NCBI GenBank assembly: GCA_963715195.1
Contig: CAVQRT010000006.1
Location: 31,543-95,542, forward strand
Length of the DNA stretch: 64,000 nucleotides
From: Thermodesulfovibrionales bacterium
GTDB taxonomy: Bacteria > Nitrospirota > Thermodesulfovibrionia > Thermodesulfovibrionales > SM23-35
Reading direction: 5' to 3'
Positions 21,240 through 31,100 of this stretch are shown here, in pieces. The notes under the pieces were generated by a model. The model ran no database searches and was not told the origin of the DNA. It saw only the letters and a program-made list of their open reading frames with translations. The position numbers were made by a program, and so were the translations under genes. Numbering within the stretch: position 1 is the stretch's first letter; each line of letters starts with the position of its first letter.

Positions 21240-22025
21240 TTACCTATTCTTCTTTTCCATCAATGATGGAACCGCGTCAGGATAGAATAGGTTAATCCCA
21301 TGTTTCTTATATGATGCAATGAGATGTTGTCCTTCAGACGATGTTACAAAAGCGATGAAATCCATAGCCTCTCTATATTTGATTTTTGGGAATTTATCGG
21401 GATTGAGAGCAATTACACTGTAATTGTTCCTTAAAATGGGGTCACCTCTGAAAAGAGTCTTCAGATCAAGTCTGGATTCATATCTCAGAAATGTACCAAG
21501 ATCGGTCAGTGTATATGCTCTCTTCTGTGTGGCCATCAATAATGTATCTGACATATTCGCCCCTGCCTCAAAGTACCAGCCTTTTCCCTTCGGATTAATT
21601 CCGGCGTCGTCCCAGATATCCAGTTCCTTGATGTTTGTTCCCGAGTCGTCTCCCCTTGAAACAAAGGATGCTCCCTTCTCAGCAATTTCCTCAAAAACCT
21701 CGATGGCAGTTTTTGATTTCCTGATCCCGGCAGGATCTTTTGGAGGGCCGACAACAACAAAATCATTATGCATGACAGCCCTTCTGTTAACTCCATAGCC
21801 TTCGGCTACAAACTTTTTTTCGCGGAAAGGATCATGAACGAAGAGCATATCTGCATCCCCCTTCTTGGCGATTCGAATTGCTTTGCCCGTGCCGACTGCA
21901 ATGATTTCGATTTTTATATTGTATTTTGTAGATTTCTCATAGGCAGGGATTAAAATATCGAAAAGTCCCGAATTCTGCGTGCTTGTCGTTGATGCGATCA
22001 CAAGGGTTGTTTTTTCTATTGCCAT
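21240..22025 (-). CDS. TupA paralogue lacking a signal peptide
   Basis: ASTTSTQNSGL at residue 11, HNDF, SRGDDSGT; GGGAGG RBS; no hydrophobic leader. Confidence 0.82.
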   Translation of the reverse strand: MAIEKTTLVIASTTSTQNSGLFDILIPAYEKSTKYNIKIEIIAVGTGKAIRIAKKGDADMLFVHDPFREKKFVAEGYGVNRRAVMHNDFVVVGPPKDPAGIRKSKTAIEVFEEIAEKGASFVSRGDDSGTNIKELDIWDDAGINPKGKGWYFEAGANMSDTLLMATQKRAYTLTDLGTFLRYESRLDLKTLFRGDPILRNNYSVIALNPDKFPKIKYREAMDFIAFVTSSEGQHLIASYKKHGINLFYPDAVPSLMEKKNR

Positions 22026-22075
22026 CCTATCCTCCCGATATTAGTTCTGATGTCAAAATAATTCACTCAGCTCGA

Positions 22076-22819
22076 TTAGTTGAGCCGATAGATAATTGGT
22101 ATGATGATCTGGGCTTCGACAGGAGGTTTTGGAAATGGTGAAGCATTGTTTATCGCTTTTATAGCACTCTCGTCGAGAATCTCATGCCCAGAGCTTTTGG
22201 ATATCTTTACCTCTTTTGCGCACCCTGCTGAGGAAATAATAAACGAGGTGATTACCTTTCCCTCCCACCCCATCTTTTTCGCCTGGGCAGGATAGACAAG
22301 ATGTTTATGAATGAGGTCTTTTATATAGGAAAAATGAGCCTTGATATATCGCGACCTCGCCGGTGATACAGAGTCAACTCCGGCACCCCCAGAGTGACCC
22401 AACGAAGACGCTTTCTGAAATCCCGCATCAGAGCCACTGCCTTGAGAGGTATACTCAGAGAACTGGGTAAGATTAACCTTTGCCTCAAAGAAGTTTTGTT
22501 GGGCTATCACAGCAGCTGGCTGTGTCTCCACCTGCTCCATTGCCGATGATTCCAGGGTCATACGTGGCTGCTGAGTTGCTTTGGGAGTGATCTCCGGAGG
22601 TGTTGCAGGCTGTGCTACCCGTTTTTTCGGCAGCCTAAAGAGAGATCGGGTGGAAGGTGCTGAGCCCCCGTCTCTAAGAACTGGTTCATTTCCCATGGTA
22701 AAGTCCACAATAAGGACATTTTGCTGTTTCACCACCGGCGCGTGCAGAGTAATGAGAGCGAGTAAAATTATGCTATGAATAAGGAGAGAAAGCTGCAAGG
22801 ATTTCCACTGGCTCGTCAT
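22076..22819 (-). CDS. tonB: Energy transducer TonB
   Basis: N-terminal TM SLLIHS, Pro-rich linker, YPAQAKKMGWEGKV, SSGHEILD..A, PFPKPP. Confidence 0.9.
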   Translation of the reverse strand: MTSQWKSLQLSLLIHSIILLALITLHAPVVKQQNVLIVDFTMGNEPVLRDGGSAPSTRSLFRLPKKRVAQPATPPEITPKATQQPRMTLESSAMEQVETQPAAVIAQQNFFEAKVNLTQFSEYTSQGSGSDAGFQKASSLGHSGGAGVDSVSPARSRYIKAHFSYIKDLIHKHLVYPAQAKKMGWEGKVITSFIISSAGCAKEVKISKSSGHEILDESAIKAINNASPFPKPPVEAQIIIPIIYRLN

Positions 22820-22872
22820 GTTCTTATCTTCACATGTATCTGTATCAAATCGAATCTGATATGCTGAGGATA

Positions 22873-23487
22873 TCAGTAATAGTAGACCGTGTATTCTTTT
22901 AAGGTGTTATCATCAGTATAAACGGATTTTTTTATTTTTTCCCCCTTTTCGTCGTAATCATTCTTCGTGATTTGTAATATTTTCCCATGCATATCATACT
23001 TGGTCTTTGTTGTTGCTTTTCCCTGCGCGTCATATGAATACAACTCGTATGATTTTAATTGATTATCAGGAGTATATTCAGTTCTTTTCGTCTTCCTCCC
23101 GTTAGCGTCATACTCGAAGGTAAAATAACGTTTGAGCGTGCGATCCGCAGAATAGTCAGTCTTTTTCGTTCTTTTCCCTTTGGCGTTGTATTCATATGCT
23201 GTTATCGAGACCAGCTTGTCAGCGGCATCGTACTCTTGCTTTTCAAGACGTTTTCCGTCGTTATCATTGGTGTAACGGAAATAACGCAATAGTTGACCAG
23301 TTGGAGAGAAATGCTGTCTTTTTGCTTTATCGTATTGATTGTATTCATAGGTGTAGTAGGACTGCATCTCATGAGCAGCATTGTAAATCTCTTTCTTGAC
23401 TTTTTCACCTTTGGTTTTCTCCGTGGACAATGTTGTGCATCCTGACACTAACATGCAGATACAAAGAAATGAAAATAACGCTTTCAT
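22873..23487 (-). CDS. Lipoprotein built of 24-aa YD/RHS-like repeats
   Basis: Lipobox LVSG-C; about six or seven repeats of Y-x-Y-D/N-x-x-G-K...Y; GAGGAGG RBS. Confidence 0.8.
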   Translation of the reverse strand: MKALFSFLCICMLVSGCTTLSTEKTKGEKVKKEIYNAAHEMQSYYTYEYNQYDKAKRQHFSPTGQLLRYFRYTNDNDGKRLEKQEYDAADKLVSITAYEYNAKGKRTKKTDYSADRTLKRYFTFEYDANGRKTKRTEYTPDNQLKSYELYSYDAQGKATTKTKYDMHGKILQITKNDYDEKGEKIKKSVYTDDNTLKEYTVYYY

Positions 23488-23536
23488 ATCGCCTCCTCCT
23501 CAAAGTACGACTTAGATGAGTTTTTTATCCTTATCC

Positions 23537-25519
23537 CTAAAGACTGACTGTTATTCCCCCATAGATAAAGCGACCTGCCTGAGGGAATCCATAACTTTGC
23601 TCGTAGTCTTCATCAAAAATGTTATCAGCTCCCAGATAAACATCAAGTTTACCATTCAGGAAGGCTTGATCGAGCTTCAGATTGACCAATGTATAATCAT
23701 CCAAATTTCTCTTTCGTACAGGCGTAGTCCTCGAATAATAAACCTGGTCGGCTATATGCATCACATTCATGTACGCAGATAAACCGAAAGCAAAGGAATA
23801 TTTGCTTTCGAAGCTAAATGTATGTTCAGGCCTGTACTGTAGTTCGTCCCTTTCAGTGTCCGGCGACTCATCCTTCGTATATATGTAGGTATAGCCTGTC
23901 CTTAGCAAAAGATCTTGCACGTATCGATTCTCTGCAGTCAATTCAATACCCTTAAACTTATATTCACTGAAGTTCACAAATTTATCACTTACCGTTTCGA
24001 CATATTCAATATAATCCTGCATATCAATCAGGAAACCGATGAGAGTGGCCTTTGTGTTCCAGGGGAGTTTCTGTTCTATTCCGACTTCGTAATTGTTGGA
24101 TTTCTCCGTTTTCAGATCAGGATTTCCCCGACTTATATCATAGAGTTGGCGAATGTCAGGAAACCGTATCTTTCGTGCAAAAGAGCCCCTTATCCGAGTA
24201 TTTTCATAGATATCGTAATACACTCCTATGAGGTAACTCCCTTCATTGTCGTCCCCTTCGTCCTTTTCCAGCCAGTTGTAACCGTAACCAAAAACGAGGC
24301 CAAGATTCTTTACGGGTACAACTTCATATTCGAGGGCGGCTGAGTATACGGCGATATCTTTTTCATCGTGTGTATCTACCCGCCCGGTTTTCGTTATGTC
24401 GTACCCATCGGTCTCCCATTCTTCTCCCCGGCCCCTGAGACCGAGTGTTAAAACGCCTGCTGTCTTCAGATTATACGTTGTCTGGAGGGCAGCCCCCATG
24501 ACTTGTGTTTCGTTATCATGGTGAAATGCACCATTCCCGGTTATTGAGCTGTAATTGCCGTCATCATATCGGTTCTCTTCCTCTGCTAATTGGTTGAAAA
24601 AGATCCACGATCTCAGTCCGAAAGGTCCGGGCAGATCATAGCTCAGTGAAAGGTGCCCGGAATAACCCTCAAAATTATCCATTCGCTCGTATCGTTGTTT
24701 ATCTGAAAAATCATCCTGCGGGGAAATGGTGGTCGAAGGTTTGCCAAATTCTCCATTCAGGTAATTAAAAACAGCTCCGATGATAACTTTCTCACTCGGG
24801 GAAAAATTGACATTTGAGAAGAAATTATTGTTTCTTCTGTCACTATTTTCGCGAATGTCACCGTCTTCTTCAGGTGTTTCCTTAAAATCATCCGATAGGC
24901 GAAAGCCATTGCTGTCAAGCATGCTTCCGCCGATGAAGAAGTCAACCTTTTCGTGGGCCCCGGATACATTAAAGGTACCAAGATAATGATCTGCCTCTCC
25001 TGCCTCTCCTGAGACCATGCCACGAACGCCTGCCGTTCCTTTTTTCGTAATGATGTTGATAACTCCCCCAAGACCACCATCTCCGTAAAGCACCGAATGG
25101 GTCCCATATGAAACTTTTATCTTCTCGATGCTCTCCGCAGGAATCAGAGAAGGGTCAAAATTACCATCGTACGTGGAATTGATGGGAATACCATCGAGCA
25201 GAAGAATGACGTGTCTCGAACGAAAACCTCTGAGATCAACCCGGGGAACTCCGTCGGCCCCTGTTCTCATGTATAGACCTGGCAACAACTTCATTGCTTC
25301 ATCTAGAGTCCGTGCACCTTTGTTTCGAATGTCTTCAGAGGTGATCTCCCTGACCGTTCCCACCGATTCAACTCCTTCCCGCTCGCCACTCACTATGATT
25401 TCGCCAAGAGTATAAGCATGCTTATCAGGCAACATCTCGGCATGAGCATTCAGATAGAATGCATGACATGTTAGCAGAACAAATAAACTGATACAACGAA
25501 TACATTTACACGCAATCAT
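23537..25519 (-). CDS. TonB-dependent outer-membrane receptor
   Basis: Signal peptide, TonB-box-like EIIVSG, plug motifs LRGF..LLDGIP and YGDGGLGGVINIITKK, GNPDLKTE, DNIFD..GRFIYGG; AAGGAGG RBS before ATG 25519. Confidence 0.92.
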   Translation of the reverse strand: MIACKCIRCISLFVLLTCHAFYLNAHAEMLPDKHAYTLGEIIVSGEREGVESVGTVREITSEDIRNKGARTLDEAMKLLPGLYMRTGADGVPRVDLRGFRSRHVILLLDGIPINSTYDGNFDPSLIPAESIEKIKVSYGTHSVLYGDGGLGGVINIITKKGTAGVRGMVSGEAGEADHYLGTFNVSGAHEKVDFFIGGSMLDSNGFRLSDDFKETPEEDGDIRENSDRRNNNFFSNVNFSPSEKVIIGAVFNYLNGEFGKPSTTISPQDDFSDKQRYERMDNFEGYSGHLSLSYDLPGPFGLRSWIFFNQLAEEENRYDDGNYSSITGNGAFHHDNETQVMGAALQTTYNLKTAGVLTLGLRGRGEEWETDGYDITKTGRVDTHDEKDIAVYSAALEYEVVPVKNLGLVFGYGYNWLEKDEGDDNEGSYLIGVYYDIYENTRIRGSFARKIRFPDIRQLYDISRGNPDLKTEKSNNYEVGIEQKLPWNTKATLIGFLIDMQDYIEYVETVSDKFVNFSEYKFKGIELTAENRYVQDLLLRTGYTYIYTKDESPDTERDELQYRPEHTFSFESKYSFAFGLSAYMNVMHIADQVYYSRTTPVRKRNLDDYTLVNLKLDQAFLNGKLDVYLGADNIFDEDYEQSYGFPQAGRFIYGGITVSL

Positions 25520-25617
25520 GATTCCCTCCTTAAAAAACAAGAATAGTCATCTTTCATTCTTGGAGATGGCTCGCTATGATTATCCTAAAAAAAACGAGGA
25601 AAAGACGAATGCTTTGT

Positions 25618-25697
25618 TTTCATGGTAAGCATGAAATTATTGCATGACCCCTCTGGATGATTCGAGCGTTGACACCATCTTTGTGACCCCTTACAAT
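25618..25697 (+). promoter_or_regulatory. LTTR-type operator and sigma70 promoter of lysR
   Basis: TTTCATG-N5-CATGAAA (25618-25636), ATG-N9-CAT T-N11-A box (25631-25645), TTGACA-N17-TACAAT (25669-25697). Confidence 0.65.
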
Positions 25698-25704
25698 AAT
25701 GCCG

Positions 25705-26610
25705 ATGGAAGACCACAGATTAAAAGCATTCTGTCTTGTTGTAGAGATGGAAAGCTTCTCCAAAGCAGCTAAAGCGAAATTCATGACCCAATCAGCGATG
25801 AGCCATCTCATTAAAAATCTGGAAGACGAACTGGGAGTGAAACTCCTCATCAGAAAAGGAAAAAAAGTCGTTCTGACGTCTGCCGGAAAGATATTTTACG
25901 GGCATGCATGCAAAATACTCGGGCAGTATGAAACGTTAGATCATGATATCAATATGCTGCTTCATCGTGTAAGAGGGCCTTTGCACATCGGGGCAACCAC
26001 AACAGCAGCAGGTTATCTTCTGCCTCAGGTTCTCTACAGCTTTTCAAAAAATTATCCGGATGTGCAGATTACTGTGTCGGTATCGAATACAGAAATGATC
26101 CTGCATGAACTTCAGAATGCAAGAATTGAAATGGGCATAGTTGAGGGAAAGGTGAAGAATTCGTCGATATGCATGGCAGAGATCGCTGAAGATGAAATTG
26201 TTATTATTGCATCTGACGATAACCCCTTAACCGGCAAAAAACAGATTCAACAACAAGAGCTTTTGTCCCAACCCTTTATAATGCCGGAACCCGGTTCGGG
26301 CATCAGGGAGTGCATCGAGGAATTTTTCTCAAGTGCTGAGATTGATCCGAATGCACTCCTGACATCAATGACACTCGGAAGCACGGAGTTGATCGTGCAG
26401 ATGGTTAAATCGGGGCAAGGCATCTCTTTTGTATCAAAGTGGTCTGTTTTCAACGCACTTAAGGAAGGAACAATATCAATTTTGAACGTTCGCGGCAAGC
26501 GACTATTTAGAAAATTTTATCTCGTGACGATTGGCAAGGAACCGGAAACCATGATTTCGAAAACGTTTATTGAATTTCTGAAAGAATATCGCTTCTTTAA
26601 GCCCTTTTAG
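25705..26610 (+). CDS. LysR-family regulator, CysL-like effector domain
   Basis: SFSKAA..TQSAMS..IKNLEDELG HTH; IGATTT..YLLP, EPGSGIR, LGSTE. Confidence 0.92.
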   Translation: MEDHRLKAFCLVVEMESFSKAAKAKFMTQSAMSHLIKNLEDELGVKLLIRKGKKVVLTSAGKIFYGHACKILGQYETLDHDINMLLHRVRGPLHIGATTTAAGYLLPQVLYSFSKNYPDVQITVSVSNTEMILHELQNARIEMGIVEGKVKNSSICMAEIAEDEIVIIASDDNPLTGKKQIQQQELLSQPFIMPEPGSGIRECIEEFFSSAEIDPNALLTSMTLGSTELIVQMVKSGQGISFVSKWSVFNALKEGTISILNVRGKRLFRKFYLVTIGKEPETMISKTFIEFLKEYRFFKPF

Positions 26611-26623
26611 ATTGTATCTAGTG

Positions 26624-26743
26624 TTGTGTCCCTTAAAAAACTTGTCATTACGAAGTTGATTCGGAATCTCGCTGTTAGTATGAGGAAAGACCCTGAAACA
26701 AGTTAAGGGTCACAATAAATGTTTAGATATTAATGGGACACTA
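26624..26743. mobile_element. Degenerate REP-doublet / MITE-like element
   Basis: Ends GTGTCCCTTAA ... TTAATGGGACAC; inner TGTCATTACGAAGTTGATTCGGAATCT and ACCCTGAAACAAGTTAAGGGT hairpins. Confidence 0.55.
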
Positions 26744-26814
26744 ACGGGCAAGATCCTCCGGAAGTGAATGAACCTTCGGCATCTGACTGTCTTTGATATT
26801 TTATGCCTGCAACG

Positions 26815-27372
26815 CTATTTTCTGAATCTCACAAACAGATAGAATCCTATAAGAAAGGGTTCGAACCGGATAACCATGTTGTCGGTAAACCCCCAGAAAA
26901 ATTCATAGATAAAGATGCGCAATTGACTGACTGTCTCAAGTTTCATCTTCATGAGAACAGTTGTCAGTTCCTTGAGTTCAAAAGTCACAATGAAGAGCAA
27001 GTGGACAATGAGCAGTAATATGACTGCTTCACCGTAAGCTCTCAACCTTTTTCGGATGAACAAGAAGAGGGAAGACATAATAGCCAGCGTCAGGGGACTA
27101 TTGAATGTATAGGTATTTGTCCTGACCGGAATATCTATAAGGACATCACGGTTGATTCTGTAAGGGGTAAATGTTACCTGGACACGCTCGTCGTTCTGAT
27201 CAACCGCATCAATTTCCAGGTCTTTCAGCCCGGCAATGATTTTGGATGCAGTCATCGTCATTCCGTACCCGTAATAATCCTTTACCTGTATCCAGAGAAT
27301 GAGAAAAATACAATAGGACAAAATGAAGATGATAACGGTCTTCAGAATGAGATTAAGCGGCAGCTTTGGCAT
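26815..27372 (-). CDS. Exosortase H-associated membrane protein
   Basis: Multi-TM protein overlapping the exosortase stop; no Cys at the position equivalent to the catalytic one. Confidence 0.65.
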   Translation of the reverse strand: MPKLPLNLILKTVIIFILSYCIFLILWIQVKDYYGYGMTMTASKIIAGLKDLEIDAVDQNDERVQVTFTPYRINRDVLIDIPVRTNTYTFNSPLTLAIMSSLFLFIRKRLRAYGEAVILLLIVHLLFIVTFELKELTTVLMKMKLETVSQLRIFIYEFFWGFTDNMVIRFEPFLIGFYLFVRFRK

Positions 27373-27907
27373 CGGTTTTTGTAAAAGCCAAATAGAGGAA
27401 GAATGTTCCGAGAGCGATTGCTATCATGATACCCTGTGCAACATAGATATGAATGTAATGAAAGATGCTCTCAAAGTGAACTCCGGCATAGGCCAATCCT
27501 ACGATTCTTGCAATGTTGATTACCTGAATGATCAGAAACCCTGTCACGATGCCATAGACCTTTCTTTTCCACGTCGCAGGAAATGCAAGGACGGCGACTG
27601 AATATATCATGACGGCTTCGAGGCCATTGCATCCGAAACGTACGTCGAGGGAAATGGACGGGAGATGTATGATTGAGCCAGTGCATGAAGCTGTGATGTG
27701 AAGTGCGCTAAGAATCTTTGCGGTTATCAGGACCACCCCTCTGGTATACAAGCCGTTCACATCAATAATTCTCTGTAACGGCGTAAAACCGATAATGAAA
27801 AAGAAGCCAGCCATCAGTATGAGATACGTGATGATGAAGCGCCTCACGCTTACCTTCTGGATATCGTCAGGTTTGGATTGCCTGCTTTTAGTACTCTTTT
27901 TCTTCAT
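27353..27907 (-). CDS. xrtH: Exosortase H (IPTL-CTERM-specific)
   Basis: GCNGLE (Cys), INIARI (Arg), FHYIH (His); adjacent to an IPTL-CTERM tail. Confidence 0.82.
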   Translation of the reverse strand: MKKKSTKSRQSKPDDIQKVSVRRFIITYLILMAGFFFIIGFTPLQRIIDVNGLYTRGVVLITAKILSALHITASCTGSIIHLPSISLDVRFGCNGLEAVMIYSVAVLAFPATWKRKVYGIVTGFLIIQVINIARIVGLAYAGVHFESIFHYIHIYVAQGIMIAIALGTFFLYLAFTKTDAKAAA

Positions 27908-27923
27908 ATGCTGATTAGATAAT

Positions 27924-28022
27924 TAGTGTCTGTTTATTAAACCATTGTTCGTCGTCCTCCGGCTTGACCGGGGGATCCATGAGTTCAAGAATAAATTGGA
28001 TTCCCGCCAAGCGGGAATGACA
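27924..28022. repeat. REP-doublet element
   Basis: TAGTGTCTGTTTATTAA left end, then TCCTCCGG-CTTGA-CCGGGGGA and ATTCCCGC-CAA-GCGGGAAT-GAC hairpins. Confidence 0.65.
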
Positions 28023-28046
28023 AGTATTGAAACCACGTTCATTATG

Positions 28047-28080
28047 AAATAAAAGGGGCAGAGAAATATCTTCCTGCCCC
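28047..28080 (-). terminator. Rho-independent terminator of the IPTL-CTERM gene
   Basis: GGGGCAG...CTGCCCC stem followed on the minus strand by TTTTATTT. Confidence 0.7.
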
Positions 28081-28103
28081 CAAAACAAATTCTGAATGAT
28101 TAA

Positions 28104-31100
28104 TTAATTCCTGACACGTCTCCTTAGAAAATAGAGAGCAGCCAAGCCCTGCAGTAATAAGAGTATTATCATTCCCCATTCATTCATCGTTGGTACTGCA
28201 GCAGCACCACGAGATCTCCTCCATACGGTCGGGTCTCCAGGAAGGAGAGGTACCGGGATCATCCGTGCATGACGTATCTCCGCCCGGAATCTGAGCACAA
28301 CCCTGGTTTTCTACCCTCGTCACCGAGGTGCTCATCGTAGTTCTGAATGTGATGACTACTTCATTATTTGCCTGGGTTTCATTTAGCGCTCCAGGGTCTG
28401 CGGCGACTGTTCCTTCCCATATAATTCTGTTGTTCCCGCTATCAAAGGTACAGGATGACGTTGATGAAGCGCCCCTTGGGTCACATACTAAGCTTCCACG
28501 ACATAGCTCGTATTGTCGGGGATGTCATCGGTAATCATCACACCGACTGCATTAGCATTGCCGTTATTGATCCATACCATCCTCCACACCAGTTCAGGAT
28601 ACCCATCGGCGTTGACGGTCTTTGACTCCTAGGTGGATCAAAGAGACGAGGGTTCGCCAGCTGTAACAGTCTCGGTGTCGGTCGGAGAGGTTACCACGCC
28701 GTTGGTAGCAGAGGCAATGTTTGTTACCGAACCGGCATCCAGATCAGCCTGCGTGATGGTGTAGCTCGATGTGCAGGTGATTGATGCACCGGGGGCAAGA
28801 TTCGGAGTCACAGGACAGCTTTCGTTAGTTGTCTTGTTGTCATTTACCGTAAAGGGCCCACTCAGGGTGATATTACCACTGTTGGTGACAAGATAGCTGT
28901 AACTAATCAAGGTACCCACTGTGCTGTAGGTGGTCGGTGAAGCAGACTTAACGATCGTAAGAGCCGGTGATTGAACTGCAGTAACGGTCTCGGTGTCGGT
29001 CGGAGAGGTCACTGCGCCATTGGTTGCAGAAGCAATGTTGGTTACCGAACCGGTATTCAGATCAGCTTGGGTGATAGTATAGCTCGATGTGCAGGTGATG
29101 GATGCACCGGGGGCAAGAGATGCGTTGGAGGACAGCTTTCGTTGGTTGTCTTGTTGTCACTTACCGAGAACGGACCGCTCAGGGTGACATTGCCACTATT
29201 AGTCACGATATAGCTGTAATTGATCACCGTTCCTACTGCGCTGTAGGTCGTCGGCGAGGCTGACTTGGCAATGCTAAGTGCAGGGTTCGGCTTGATAACT
29301 GTCACACTGTCCGTGTTTGATGTCACACCATCTGCAGATGCAGAAGCAGTATTTGTTACAAAACCATCTGTCACATCCTGTGCCTGCACAGTATAAGTAG
29401 CCGAACAAGAAATGCTCTCGCCAGGGTCCAGATAATTGTCCAAATCGCCTACTGTGTTTACGTCCGGGCAGGTTTCATCAGCAGATTTATCGTCTGATAC
29501 TGTAAGAGGCCCGAGCAGCGGATACCCGCCATTGTTTTCAACAACATAATTGTAGGTCAATAATTCACCAACAGCATTAAATTCGGTCGGATCGGCGCTT
29601 TTATCTAATGATAGGGATTTTGTTCCATACCTTGCCGATGAAGTAGACCGGGTTTGTGGATGCGCTGTCTGGCAGTTCCGTCGAAGTATTCATAAATGGG
29701 TTCGGTGTTGGAATCGAAGTTACTGACACAGGCCCGACAATACAAGCTGGCTGATGCATCTATTGCAAGTGAAGAGGGCAGGAGAACAGCACGGGGTTGA
29801 CGTCCGGATCAGTAGACGCTTATACTGCTTAGCGCTGTTTCACCGTCGTTTGAGACCGTAAATCTGTAATATATATCTCCGAGGCAGGCTTACACCAACA
29901 AATTTAAACCAGTTTGTGCCGTCAGTAGAAATTTGTTTATTTAACCCAAGGAGTGGTTGAGGATTGCTGACAACGAGAGTTGCAGTTGCTGCACTGCCGT
30001 CTCCGCCTTCCGAGGATGTAACAGCACTGAGGTTGTATTCTCCTATGAACCGACAGCTGAACCGGTTACTGTGACATTAAAGGTACACGAGGTATTTGCT
30101 GCAAGCGACCCACCTGAAAAAGAGATTGTACTTGGTGCTGTTGTTGTTAGTGACCCACCACAGGTCGCTGTTGGTCCACTATTTGCGACAGTCAGACCTG
30201 CCGGCAACGTATCTGTGAAACCGATACCACTCAGTGATATTGTTTGATTGGGATTGGTAATCGAAAACGTCAACGTTGAAGTCTGGCCGACAAGAATCGA
30301 TGCCGGGGAGAAAGATTTTGCGAGGTCAGGAGGTGCGATCACCGTCAAAGAATCAGTGGCATATCCGTTCGAGCTGTTATTGTTACCGCTCTCATTAGAG
30401 GAAATAAACCCACTGACGTTCTCGTATATACCTTCGATCGCTCCTGTCACCGTTATTTGGGTAAGCAACTGGCTCCGGCAGCGAGAGATCCGTCTGTTAG
30501 TGAAATTGTTCTTGTCGCGGCGGTTGTAGTCAGTGTACCTCCACACACAGGTGAAACAGTGGAGTCCGAAATTGACAGACCTGCGGCAAGAACATCGGTG
30601 AAAGCAATGCCGGTCAAAGCCTTGTTCCCGGGTTGAGTGTTACTGATGGTAAAAGAGAGCGTTGAATCTGAACCCTTTATAATCGGATTAGGAGAGAAGG
30701 ATTTAATAATAGTCGGCGGTGGAGCAGGTATCGCACATCCCGTAAATGTAATTACGTCTAATTCAAGCCTGCACCGCTATTGTCATTCTTAGCGCCCGTA
30801 GCGGCAATCCGGAAAGTCGTTGTGCCTGTTGTGCTTGTCAATCCGGTAAAATCGATGCTCTCGGTGTCCAATCAGTGACAGCCGGCGGAGTTAGCGTTCC
30901 CGCAGGCAGCGTTACAAACCCCGATCCGTTGTCATACGAAACCGTCATAGTCGTGGGGCCGTTGGCAGGATCTGGCATTCTTCAGTTGAAAATCCATCCG
31001 AACATCGGTGTATGCTCGGGTGTCAACGGCAAATTGCACATAATTGCCTGTTTTGTAACCATAAGGTCAGCCAGGAAGCAGTGTCATTTGATCCAATATT

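Noticed and set aside
22873..23487. RHS toxin
   Set aside because: Too short, no RHS core signature, no toxin tip or immunity gene, and it carries a lipobox
25520..25698. Cobalamin or Moco/Wco riboswitch ahead of the TonB receptor
   Set aside because: The short AT-rich gap is explained by RBS, operator and promoter; no conserved riboswitch core recognised
28663..29290. DGR template/variable repeat pair
   Set aside because: Differences look mostly synonymous rather than adenine-specific, the units are whole tandem protein domains, and no reverse transcriptase is present
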